A stretch of DNA of 24,563 nucleotides from an uncultured Gammaproteobacteria bacterium. GTDB taxonomy: Bacteria > Pseudomonadota > Gammaproteobacteria > UBA6002. The position numbers were made by a program, and so were the translations under genes. The notes beneath the pieces are model-generated. The model saw only the letters and a program-made list of their open reading frames with translations, was not told where the DNA came from and did no database searches. Shown one piece after another: positions 1 through 7,883 of the stretch. The number at the start of each line of letters is the position of its first letter. Position 1 is the first letter of the stretch. Location of the stretch: assembly GCA_963705725.1 (NCBI GenBank), contig CAVPKM010000004.1, positions 1 through 24,563 of the forward strand, given 5' to 3'.

Positions 1-264
1 GAAGATGCAATTGGTGCATTAGCCGATAAAAAAGTCGACAGCGTATTACTCGATACTTTAAACGCAAAGTGGTGGCTAAGCCGTAGCGCAAACTTATTTC
101 AGCTGGTCGTTCCACCCGAGCCCTTACCCGAGCAATATGGCATAGCAGTGAAAAAAAATAATATTGGGCTTTTAAATGACCTAAATAAAGCCTTAAATCG
201 CTTATTCGAAAATGGAAAAATTACTGAAATTAATCAAATCTACATCGATTTTGAAATGCGCTAG
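1..264 (+). CDS. C-terminal part of an amino-acid ABC transporter substrate-binding protein (family 3, ArtJ/HisJ/GlnH-like); 5' truncated by the window
   Basis: Frame 1 is open from base 1 to TAG at 262-264: EDAIGALADKKVDSVLLD...EQYGIAVKKNNIGLLNDLNKALNRLFENGKITEINQIY. The 'L..KKVD....D' and 'YGIAVKK....L....NKAL..L..NG....I...Y' patterns are typical of SBP_bac_3. Not in the supplied ORF track. Confidence 0.85.
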   Translation, partial: EDAIGALADKKVDSVLLDTLNAKWWLSRSANLFQLVVPPEPLPEQYGIAVKKNNIGLLNDLNKALNRLFENGKITEINQIYIDFEMR

Positions 265-309
265 CGTTCTGCAAAATCCCATTGAATTTCAAGCAAGGAT
301 AGGTTAAAA

Positions 310-338
310 TTGCCTTGCAAATGTTACGTTTTTAGTAT
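310..338 (+). promoter_or_regulatory. Putative sigma70 promoter for phhA
   Basis: TTGCCT (310-315), 17-bp spacer, TAGTAT (333-338). Confidence 0.45.
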
Positions 339-464
339 ACCCATTCGTGAAAGGATTGTAAGCTAGGCGCAAGCGAAAGGCTTTGAGGGAGTGTACACGA
401 AATACCTGACCCGAAGAGGAGCAACACTTGCAGCAACGCTTAAGATTTATTAACGAAGGGCATA
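336..464. repeat. ~129-bp palindromic ERIC/RPE-like (MITE-like) element
   Basis: Imperfect terminal inverted repeats TATACCCATTCGT (336-348) and ACGAAGGGCATA (453-464). Internal complementary blocks are TAAGC/GCTTA, GCAAG/CTTGC and CTTTG/CGAAG, with a central GGAGTGTAC..TACCTGAC core. The TATACCC...GGGyATA ends and the size resemble ERIC-type elements. Confidence 0.7.
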
Positions 465-465
465 G

Positions 466-1248
466 TTGAGAATGGGCAATTACAGCGCAAAACAAGAAAA
501 TGAAAAAGGGGTTGTCGCTTATACAGAAGAGGAAAATGAAACCTGGCGTATTCTCATCGAAAGGCAAAATAAAATTATTAACAACAGAGCCTGCCATGAG
601 TACCAATGCGGTTTAGATAAACTTAATCTTCCTCATGACCGAGTGCCTCAGTGTTTTGAAATCAGCAAAAAACTACAAGCGACCACCGGCTGGGCAGTGA
701 AGGCTGTTCCCGCTTTAATTTCCTTAAAGGAGTTCTTTGAATTACTTGCGAACAAGCATTTTCCTGCTGCAACATTTATTCGCAGACGTGAAGAACTTGA
801 TTATTTACAAGAGCCGGATATTTTTCATGAATTCTACGGTCATTGCCCCCTACTAACAAATCAAGCTTATGCAGACTTTATCGAGTGGTACGGAAGAACC
901 GCGTTAACTGCAGATAAAAAAGTTCAATCCTTATTAGGACGTTTATTTTGGTTCACGATTGAATTCGGCCTGCTAAACACCAATCAGGGTGTGCGTATTT
1001 TTGGAGGTGGAATTCTTTCCTCTTTTGAAGAAACGGTTTATGCCTTAGAAAGCCCATTGCCGCAACGAATACCATTCAATCTTTCACAAGTTTTAGATAC
1101 GCCTTATCGATATGATATTATTCAAGATCGCTATTTCGTGCTTAAAGAAATCAACCAGTTATATGAAATTCAAAAACTGGATATCGTCAAATTAGCCATC
1201 GCTTCAAGCATGAATGACGCTCAGGGCAAGGATTTCAATATCTGCTAG
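466..1248 (+). CDS. phhA: Phenylalanine 4-monooxygenase (phenylalanine hydroxylase)
   Basis: Contains DYLQEPDIFHEFYGHCPLL (iron-binding His pair), RLFWFTIEFGL and GGGILSS..E motifs of aromatic amino acid hydroxylases. Start is TTG 466 or ATG 472. Confidence 0.96.
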   Translation: MRMGNYSAKQENEKGVVAYTEEENETWRILIERQNKIINNRACHEYQCGLDKLNLPHDRVPQCFEISKKLQATTGWAVKAVPALISLKEFFELLANKHFPAATFIRRREELDYLQEPDIFHEFYGHCPLLTNQAYADFIEWYGRTALTADKKVQSLLGRLFWFTIEFGLLNTNQGVRIFGGGILSSFEETVYALESPLPQRIPFNLSQVLDTPYRYDIIQDRYFVLKEINQLYEIQKLDIVKLAIASSMNDAQGKDFNIC

Positions 1249-1309
1249 TCCACGCTTCAGCCCAGGATTTGAGAAACCTCCACGCTGAGTTGCGAGCGCC
1301 GCGCAGTAG

Positions 1310-2437
1310 TTATCTGTAGTTTTTTTGAGGGCTAGTCTTGTCAATTGCCTCTTCTATAATTCTCTCTACATTGCTTTCAATTTGGTGAAAAGATAAGCTG
1401 ATTTTTTTTGATAAATTGAATATATCTCTTGAATTTGCTTTTGACGCAGCAATGAAGCATCCCATTTGCGCTTGGGTTGCAGGAATATCTTGAAAAAACA
1501 TCATGTTTCTCATGGCTTGATCCATGTCGGCAAGCTTCACCAAGCAATTCACCTCCTTCTTATTTGCGCCTTCCTTTTTTAGCGCTTCTTTTTCTTTTTT
1601 TAATAACTCAACTTTTAAGCTTAATAAACTATTTTCTCCTTGTAATTTTTTATTTTTCAGGAAAACAGCTTCAATTTCATGGTTAAGTTTTGTTAATTTT
1701 TTTTGCAGCGCTTCATTTTGATTTAGATAGCTTTGAATTAAATTTTCATTTGATTTTTCTTGTTTCACTAATGATTTTTTGTTGCTTTTTAAAGCTTCAT
1801 TTTTTTCTTTTAAATACCTAATCACCGATTCTGCCTGATTACTCAGCAGCATATAGTGCCCCAATCTTTGCCACAAAACATTATCATCACTGGATTCAAG
1901 ATCTTTTTTTAAAGCCAGCAATTGTTGATAAAGCAGCTGATAGCTATAAATCAATTTATAGTATTGTTGCCGCAGATCCTCATCAGAAAGCTCCAAGAAA
2001 TTAATGGTAAACGAGGCGTCGACTAAATACTGCCCGATGATTTGAGCTATTCTAGCCGGCAGGGAATTCCATTCGTAAAAAAAATTTAACCAGGATTTTT
2101 CTGTTTGTAAGGCTATTTGGCGGCATAAGATAAATAAAGGTAATTCATCGCCGGTAACTTTTGATTGTTGAAGTGACGCCTGTAAAGAGGCTAATTCTTG
2201 GCTTCTTTTTTGCCATATTTCTTCATAGAAAAGAGGGGGTTCTCTGAACCAATCTTGCGCCTCTTCTACTAAAAGCCGAATATTTCTAGATAAAGACGTT
2301 TCCTCATCTCTTGTTGCCGAAAGTTGGTTATATTGTTCAATTAGCGGATTAGCACCTTCCAGAAAAGCCAGCCCATCTGCATCTGGCGATAGAATGGACG
2401 AGGGCAGTTGTTGATACTCATTATCAAACCGGTCCAT
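1310..2437 (-). CDS. Hypothetical coiled-coil protein (candidate secreted effector)
   Basis: 375-aa ORF with a strong SD (AAGGAGGAG), its own promoter and a long L/K/E/Q-rich heptad region. No family recognised. Confidence 0.8.
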   Translation of the reverse strand: MDRFDNEYQQLPSSILSPDADGLAFLEGANPLIEQYNQLSATRDEETSLSRNIRLLVEEAQDWFREPPLFYEEIWQKRSQELASLQASLQQSKVTGDELPLFILCRQIALQTEKSWLNFFYEWNSLPARIAQIIGQYLVDASFTINFLELSDEDLRQQYYKLIYSYQLLYQQLLALKKDLESSDDNVLWQRLGHYMLLSNQAESVIRYLKEKNEALKSNKKSLVKQEKSNENLIQSYLNQNEALQKKLTKLNHEIEAVFLKNKKLQGENSLLSLKVELLKKEKEALKKEGANKKEVNCLVKLADMDQAMRNMMFFQDIPATQAQMGCFIAASKANSRDIFNLSKKISLSFHQIESNVERIIEEAIDKTSPQKNYR

Positions 2438-2476
2438 GCACGCTCCTCCTTAGCTAGCAACCGCACAAAACAAAGC

Positions 2477-2505
2477 AGTATACAACAGTCCGCCGAACTT
2501 TACAA
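2477..2505 (-). promoter_or_regulatory. Putative sigma70 promoter of the 375-aa orphan gene
   Basis: Minus strand: TTGTAA (2505-2500), 17 bp, TATACT (2482-2477). Confidence 0.6.
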
Positions 2506-2527
2506 AAACAACAATTTATATTAAACT
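2499..2527 (+). promoter_or_regulatory. Putative sigma70 promoter of the rhomboid gene
   Basis: TTTACA (2499-2504), 17 bp, TAAACT (2522-2527). Confidence 0.5.
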
Positions 2528-2581
2528 TACAAACCTTTTCACATAGCTTCATGGCTGGGGTTAGCAACATAGCGCTTCTTT

Positions 2582-3154
2582 ATGAATTCACTCATTAGTC
2601 AACTCCAAAATGTAGCGGACACAATAAAAGCAAATATTCCTCTCGCCCTGGTAATAATTGGTTCTCTATGGTTAATTTTAATTCTTAACTCGCTTTTACG
2701 TTATCGCTTAAACTATTTAGGCATTTATCCGCGCCACCCTCTTGGCCTGCCAGGTATATTATTTCATCCCTTCTTGCATGGAAGTTTTAATCATTTATTT
2801 TTTAATTCTATTCCTCTTTTTGTATTACTGCTTTTCATACTGACGTTAAATATTAGTACTTTTATTGGTGTGACTCTATTCGTTATGTTGATCAGCGGCT
2901 TTGCGATTTGGCTGTTCGGACGACCTGGCCTGCATATTGGAGCAAGTGGTTTAATTATGGGTTATTTTGGTTACCTACTAGTTTTTGCCTGGCGCCATCC
3001 CTCAATACTTTCTTACTTACTCGCCATCATCAGTCTTTATTATTTCGGCAGCATATTGTTAAGTATTTTTCCAAATGAAGAAAAGAGTTCATGGGAAGGA
3101 CATTTGTTTGGGTTATTAGCTGGAATTATCACTGCTTATACTTTTCACGAATGA
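2582..3154 (+). CDS. Rhomboid family intramembrane serine protease
   Basis: Hydrophobic 190-aa protein with HPFLHGSFNHLFFN, catalytic GASG and SWEGHLFGLLAG (catalytic His) motifs. Confidence 0.92.
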   Translation: MNSLISQLQNVADTIKANIPLALVIIGSLWLILILNSLLRYRLNYLGIYPRHPLGLPGILFHPFLHGSFNHLFFNSIPLFVLLLFILTLNISTFIGVTLFVMLISGFAIWLFGRPGLHIGASGLIMGYFGYLLVFAWRHPSILSYLLAIISLYYFGSILLSIFPNEEKSSWEGHLFGLLAGIITAYTFHE

Positions 3155-3213
3155 TTTTCTCTGCACACGAAAAAAACTGTCATCATGTATTTTATACGTT
3201 ACCATAGCCCTTC

Positions 3214-3242
3214 TAGACGTGAATTTTTCAAAATGTTATGAT
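3214..3242 (+). promoter_or_regulatory. Putative sigma70 promoter (extended -10) for the PAP2-MFS operon
   Basis: TAGACG (3214-3219), 17 bp, TATGAT (3237-3242) preceded by TGt. Confidence 0.55.
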
Positions 3243-3268
3243 GTTTCATTCAAAGAGCAGGGATCTTT

Positions 3269-3937
3269 ATGCAAAAGCTTAACCAATTCACTTTAATTTC
3301 GCTAATTTTAGGAAGTGTATTCTACTTTTTTTCTTATTCTTTTTTGGATCTGCCTATAGCAAAATTTTTTCATGACTTACCTCATACTTATTTTGTTTAT
3401 ACGCTCTACCCAGCTGGCACCTTGTTAGGTTCAACTAAATTTGCCCTTGCCTTTATTGTTTTAAGCCTTTTTTGTTCAGTATGTATCTTATTCAAAAAGC
3501 CACAAAGTAAATTTGCTAATCTGCTTTTAGCAGCAGGCATTGCCTTGATCGTCGCTATTATCGTCGATGGCTCGCTAAAATTTTTACTGGGTCGTTATCG
3601 CCCGATTTTTTTCTTTCAACAAGGGCTTTATGGTTTTCATTACTTAAGTTTTTTAGGTAGCATGCACTCCACTCCCTCCGGTCATGCCACACATGCCTTT
3701 GTACTCGCAACAGGTTTATCTTTAATTTGGAAGCGATTAATACCTGTTTTTGTATTGCTCGGACTCTTCGTTTGTTTAAGCCGCCTTGCATTAGAATTTC
3801 ATTACCTTAGTGATGTAATTTTTGGCTCGCTTTTAGGAACTTTAATTACACTTTGGGTAGCAAAATTCTATTCTTGCATGACCTTATCCGACCATTTTCC
3901 TTGTCATCGAATAAAAATAGAAAAAGCTTGGGGATAA
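3269..3937 (+). CDS. PAP2-family membrane phosphatase (lipid A / undecaprenyl-pyrophosphate phosphatase-like)
   Basis: C1 KFLLGRYRP, C2 PSGH and C3 SRLALEFHYLSD motifs; multiple TM helices. Confidence 0.92.
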   Translation: MQKLNQFTLISLILGSVFYFFSYSFLDLPIAKFFHDLPHTYFVYTLYPAGTLLGSTKFALAFIVLSLFCSVCILFKKPQSKFANLLLAAGIALIVAIIVDGSLKFLLGRYRPIFFFQQGLYGFHYLSFLGSMHSTPSGHATHAFVLATGLSLIWKRLIPVFVLLGLFVCLSRLALEFHYLSDVIFGSLLGTLITLWVAKFYSCMTLSDHFPCHRIKIEKAWG

Positions 3938-5187
3938 TGTCTATTTTTTCCACTCTCCACTCTTGGACCGTATGGCTAATTGCAGCCCTATTCTTTTTTT
4001 ATAAATATCTTTTACAAGTTTCGCCAAGCGTCATGAGCAGCAACCTCATGAGCACGTTTCATGCATCAGGTGCACAGCTCGGTAACTTAGCCGCTTGCTT
4101 TTTTTATTCCTATCTTGTCATGCAAATTCCAGTTGGAATTTTACTCGACCGTTATAATACGCGACTCATCACCACGACTGCGATTCTATTTAGTGCTATC
4201 GGTACCTTCTTATTCTCGGAAGCATTGGACATTAATGCAGCCTATATCGCACGTGCAATAATTGGGCTAGGCGCAGCTTTTGCAGCTGTTTCATGCTTTA
4301 AAGTGGTTACACTTTGGTTTCCGCCGCATCGCTTTGCGCTCCTAGCTGGATTAAGCATGACTGCTGCCATGTTAGGAGCGGTCTTTGGCCAAGCGCCTTT
4401 AGCCATATTAATTAAACATTATGAATGGCAAACTGCGATGAAATACCTCTCAATTCCTGGCTTTATATTGGCATTGAGTTTTTTTTTCATGGTAAAGCAG
4501 AAAAAAGATGGCCCAAAATCCGCTTCATTACCCACTTTAACGCTAAGAGAACAATTCACCACCATAGTGAAAAGCAAACAAACCTGGGTGTTATCTTTAT
4601 ATAGCGGGCTCGCCTTTGCCCCTGTTTCAGTATTTGGTGGTCTATGGGGCGTTTCTTTTTTGAAACAAGCCTATCAACTCAGTGAAACCGCCGCCGCATC
4701 TACCCTTTCCTGCATTTTTATCGGTTTTGCGATAGGCTGCCCTGTTTCTGGTTGGTTATCTGATCATCTAGGACGAAGAAAACCTTTGATGCTGCTCGGC
4801 ACCAGTATCGCCATTATTTGCTTAAGCTTAGTAATATATTTACCTTCTGCAAATACGCTGTTACTAAGCAGTCTGTTACTTTGCTTTGGGCTAGGAGCGA
4901 GTTGCTTTTTCTTATGCTTTTCGATGATAAGAGAAATTCACCTACTCACCATTGCTGCAACGGCACTTGGCTTTATGAATACTTTTGATTCAATCTGCGA
5001 AGCGCTCTCTGAACCTTTTATTGGGAAAATACTGGATCTAGGTTGGAATGGAGCATTAGAGAAAGGAGCAAGAGTCTTCTCACTGAAAGATTATCATTTA
5101 GCACTGTCCATCCTTATTACCTACTTAATCCTCAGTTTCTTTTTATTATTTTTTATCCGAGAAACTTACTGTCAACCCAAAAACTAG
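3937..5187 (+). CDS. MFS transporter, Legionella/Coxiella Pht-like
   Basis: About 12 TM helices with MFS motif A variants (GILLDRYNTR, GWLSDHLGRRK) and a PFIGKILDLGW C-terminal motif. The likely start is ATG 3937, overlapping the PAP2 stop (TAATG); the ORF track's 3853 start is an extension. Confidence 0.9.
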   Translation: MSIFSTLHSWTVWLIAALFFFYKYLLQVSPSVMSSNLMSTFHASGAQLGNLAACFFYSYLVMQIPVGILLDRYNTRLITTTAILFSAIGTFLFSEALDINAAYIARAIIGLGAAFAAVSCFKVVTLWFPPHRFALLAGLSMTAAMLGAVFGQAPLAILIKHYEWQTAMKYLSIPGFILALSFFFMVKQKKDGPKSASLPTLTLREQFTTIVKSKQTWVLSLYSGLAFAPVSVFGGLWGVSFLKQAYQLSETAAASTLSCIFIGFAIGCPVSGWLSDHLGRRKPLMLLGTSIAIICLSLVIYLPSANTLLLSSLLLCFGLGASCFFLCFSMIREIHLLTIAATALGFMNTFDSICEALSEPFIGKILDLGWNGALEKGARVFSLKDYHLALSILITYLILSFFLLFFIRETYCQPKN

Positions 5188-5243
5188 GCGCTTGAGTGTA
5201 CTAAAATTATTATAGTGTAATAAATTTTGGGGAAAAATAATCT

Positions 5244-6152
5244 ATGGTAATCAAGCAGTCAGCTTCTTATAACACGCCAAGAGATTTTTTTATCTACCTG
5301 CTATCAATCATCACATTGTATGTTTTTTTTATAAATTTAATATTTTTGCTTTTTGCAATCATTAATTTTTATCTACCCAGCCCTCTTAATAATTATGAAA
5401 TCAACTATAATGCTAGTTTACGCTGGCATATCGCTGCCTTATTTATCACTTTTCCTGTTTATCTTTATACCACGGTGATGATTAGAAAGGATTTCTTACA
5501 TTATCCAGAAAAAAGAAATCTTAAAATTCGTCGATGGTTACTCTATTTTACTTTATTTTTAGCAATAAACATCATGATGTCAGATCTTGGGGTATTATTT
5601 TATCATTTTTTAGGAGGTGAAATTACCGCTGGCTTTTTATACAAAACCTTGATTATTTTTTTCTCTGTTGCCTGCCTTTTTGGTTTTTACTTCAAAGACC
5701 TACATCAAGGTTGGAGTAGCTTGCAAGCAGCATTATGGTTATGGTTTATTGTCATCCTAGTATTATTGACACTTATAATGGGATTCCATTTAACAGGAAC
5801 ACCGAATTTAGCCAGAAACCAAGCTTTAGATAATAAACGGATCAATAATTTAACTACGATTCAGATGGAAGTGATTCACTACTGGCAACATAACCATCGC
5901 CTACCCCCATCCTTAGATGTCCTCACGAATACCCTCACGGGCTATTCAGTACCCAGCGACCCCATAACACAATTACCTTATGGATATCGAGTAGTTTCAC
6001 CTTCAACATTTGAACTTTGTGCTGATTTCTCAACCATGAGTCAGGATAGGAATGCTTATCAGCCTAATATCAATTGGAATTGGTCGCATCCTGCTGGTTT
6101 ATATTGCTTTCAGCGGAAAGTTAGCCCGTCGACCCTGCTTAATATTAGATAA
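5244..6152 (+). CDS. DUF5671-domain membrane protein with a pilin-like C-terminal domain
   Basis: TPRDFFIYL..IITLY, LRWHIAAL...FPVY, PEKRNLKIRRWLLYFTLF and FLGGEIT..F..K patterns, followed by G.P..AR....D..R...L..IQ.....YW......LP.SL..L......P.DP.T..PY.Y......FELCA.F. Family assignment is from recall, not a search. Confidence 0.75.
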   Translation: MVIKQSASYNTPRDFFIYLLSIITLYVFFINLIFLLFAIINFYLPSPLNNYEINYNASLRWHIAALFITFPVYLYTTVMIRKDFLHYPEKRNLKIRRWLLYFTLFLAINIMMSDLGVLFYHFLGGEITAGFLYKTLIIFFSVACLFGFYFKDLHQGWSSLQAALWLWFIVILVLLTLIMGFHLTGTPNLARNQALDNKRINNLTTIQMEVIHYWQHNHRLPPSLDVLTNTLTGYSVPSDPITQLPYGYRVVSPSTFELCADFSTMSQDRNAYQPNINWNWSHPAGLYCFQRKVSPSTLLNIR

Positions 6153-6158
6153 AAAGTT

Positions 6159-6187
6159 GGAGCGAACACGGCCTTCGTTCCCTTGTT
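6159..6187 (+). terminator. Possible weak intrinsic terminator after the DUF5671 gene
   Basis: Stem GGAGCGAA (6159-6166) / TTCGTTCC (6174-6181) with one G-U pair and a 7-nt loop, followed only by CTTGTT (poor U-tract). Confidence 0.3.
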
Positions 6188-6239
6188 GAAAATGAAATCT
6201 GAACTATTCTTAATAAAAGTGATTTTTTTAAGGATAATG

Positions 6240-7883
6240 ATGAAAGCTTCTGATTTATTTTTGCAATGCCTTGAAGCGCAAGGGGTGGGGGCCATATTCG
6301 GAGTACCCGGAGAAGAAAATGCCGATTTTATGATATCATTATTAAATTCTAATATTCAATTCGTCACCTGCCGCCACGAGCAAACTGCTTCTTTCATGGC
6401 CGATATGTATGGCCGCCTGACAGGAAAACCTGGAGTGTGTTTAAGCACACTTGGCCCAGGTGCCACAAACCTAATTACAGGTGTAGCCAATGCAAATATG
6501 GATAACGTGCCCTTAATTGCCCTGGTAGGTCAAGCTAGCACTAACCGCTTACACAAAGAATCGCATCAAAATATGGATGCAGTTTCTATGTATAAGCCTG
6601 TTACTAAATGGGCGACTTCTATTCGCGAGGGTATGGTTATCCCTGAAGTGGTTTATAAAGCATTCAGCTTAGCTCAACAAGGAAGGCCAGGCGCAGTGAT
6701 GATAGAACTTCCTGAAGACATCGCTCATACCGAAGTGGAAGTAGGCCCCCTTCCACTAGTTAAAATGATTGTTACCTATGGCCATTCTACAGAAAGGGTT
6801 AATCAAACATTAGATTTAATCAAAAAAGCCAAAGCGCCCATAATATTAATTGGACCGGGCTGTACTCAAAAAGGAATTGATCAAACTATTTCTCGCCTAG
6901 TGGATCAAACCCATATTTACGCAGCTTCAACATTTATGGCAAAAGGAGTACTCTCTGCGCGCAGTCCTTACTCACTTCATACAGTTGGTTTAGGGATGCG
7001 TGATATTGCTTTGGAAGCATTTGCAGAAGCGGATTTAATCATCTCCATCGGTTATCGTTTGGTCGAATGGTTGCCTGAATATTGGAACTTTGGCAGCAAG
7101 AAGAAAATTATTCATATTGATGTTGCCCCAGCTGAAGTTGACCAGAATTATCTTCCCAGTGTCGAGCTAATTGGTAATATTAAATCTATTTTAGATGAAA
7201 TTAATGACAAGCTGACCATAGATCAGGTTAAAAATGAGGATAATTTCAAGAAAATTCGCGAAAAAATAATAGAAGATTTACTGCTTGAAACCGATAGCCC
7301 TAGCTTCCCACTCAAACCGCAGCGTATTCTGTACGATCTTCGTCAAGTATTACATGATGAAGATATTGTCGTTTGCGACGTGGGGGCACATAAAATGTGG
7401 GTTGCAAGACAATACCCCGCCTTCAGTCCTAAAAGCTGCTTTCTTTACAACGGTTTTTGCTCTATGGGTGGTGCGATTCCCGGCGCTATTGTCGCAAAAT
7501 GGCTTCATCCAGAAAAAACTGTCGTTGCCCTATGTGGCGATGGTGGTTTTATAATGAGTATTCAAGCGCTGGTGACAGCCGTTCAATACCAAACACCTAT
7601 TATTATTCTGGTGTGGGAAGACGATTATTATGGATTAATTAAATGGAAGCAAGAAATGACTTATAATCAATCCTCGCATGTTGAATTAGTCAATCCTGAT
7701 CTTGCCGCTATTGCAAAATCCTTTGGTTGTAATACCAAAAAAGTTTATGAAGCAAAAGAGCTTATTCCGATGTTATTACAGATCAAAAAAGATAATAGTG
7801 GTCCTACGGTTATTATTTTGCCGGTTGATTACACTGAAAATATGAAGCTGACTAAACGCCTAGGGAAAATTTTATCACATTAA
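6240..7883 (+). CDS. Acetolactate synthase large subunit-like ThDP-dependent enzyme
   Basis: FGVPGEEN, CRHEQTASFMA, STLGPGATNL and GDGGF...(ThDP/Mg) motifs. The AAGGA SD favours ATG 6240 (or 6237) over TTG 6183. Confidence 0.9.
   Translation: MKASDLFLQCLEAQGVGAIFGVPGEENADFMISLLNSNIQFVTCRHEQTASFMADMYGRLTGKPGVCLSTLGPGATNLITGVANANMDNVPLIALVGQASTNRLHKESHQNMDAVSMYKPVTKWATSIREGMVIPEVVYKAFSLAQQGRPGAVMIELPEDIAHTEVEVGPLPLVKMIVTYGHSTERVNQTLDLIKKAKAPIILIGPGCTQKGIDQTISRLVDQTHIYAASTFMAKGVLSARSPYSLHTVGLGMRDIALEAFAEADLIISIGYRLVEWLPEYWNFGSKKKIIHIDVAPAEVDQNYLPSVELIGNIKSILDEINDKLTIDQVKNEDNFKKIREKIIEDLLLETDSPSFPLKPQRILYDLRQVLHDEDIVVCDVGAHKMWVARQYPAFSPKSCFLYNGFCSMGGAIPGAIVAKWLHPEKTVVALCGDGGFIMSIQALVTAVQYQTPIIILVWEDDYYGLIKWKQEMTYNQSSHVELVNPDLAAIAKSFGCNTKKVYEAKELIPMLLQIKKDNSGPTVIILPVDYTENMKLTKRLGKILSH

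Noticed and set aside
336-464. Possible riboswitch, T-box or attenuator upstream of phhA
   Set aside because: No T-box or recognisable aptamer motif and no Phe-rich leader peptide; the terminal inverted repeats fit a dispersed repeat better.
304-606. 100-aa minus-strand ORF
   Set aside because: Antisense to phhA and runs across the palindromic element; no recognisable protein features.
1249-1309. TCCACGCT repeated 30 bp apart between convergent genes (CRISPR or terminator?)
   Set aside because: Only two 8-bp copies, no array, and no strong stem with a U-tract.
1477-1721. Two short Phe/Leu-rich + strand ORFs
   Set aside because: Antisense shadows of the Lys/Glu-rich coiled-coil gene.
3853-3936. 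N-terminal extension of the MFS ORF
   Set aside because: Overlaps the PAP2 gene; the TAATG-coupled ATG at 3937 is the more plausible start.
6138-6146. CTTAATATT, resembling a Legionella PmrA half-site
   Set aside because: Single half-site inside a CDS end, with no properly spaced tandem repeat or -10.
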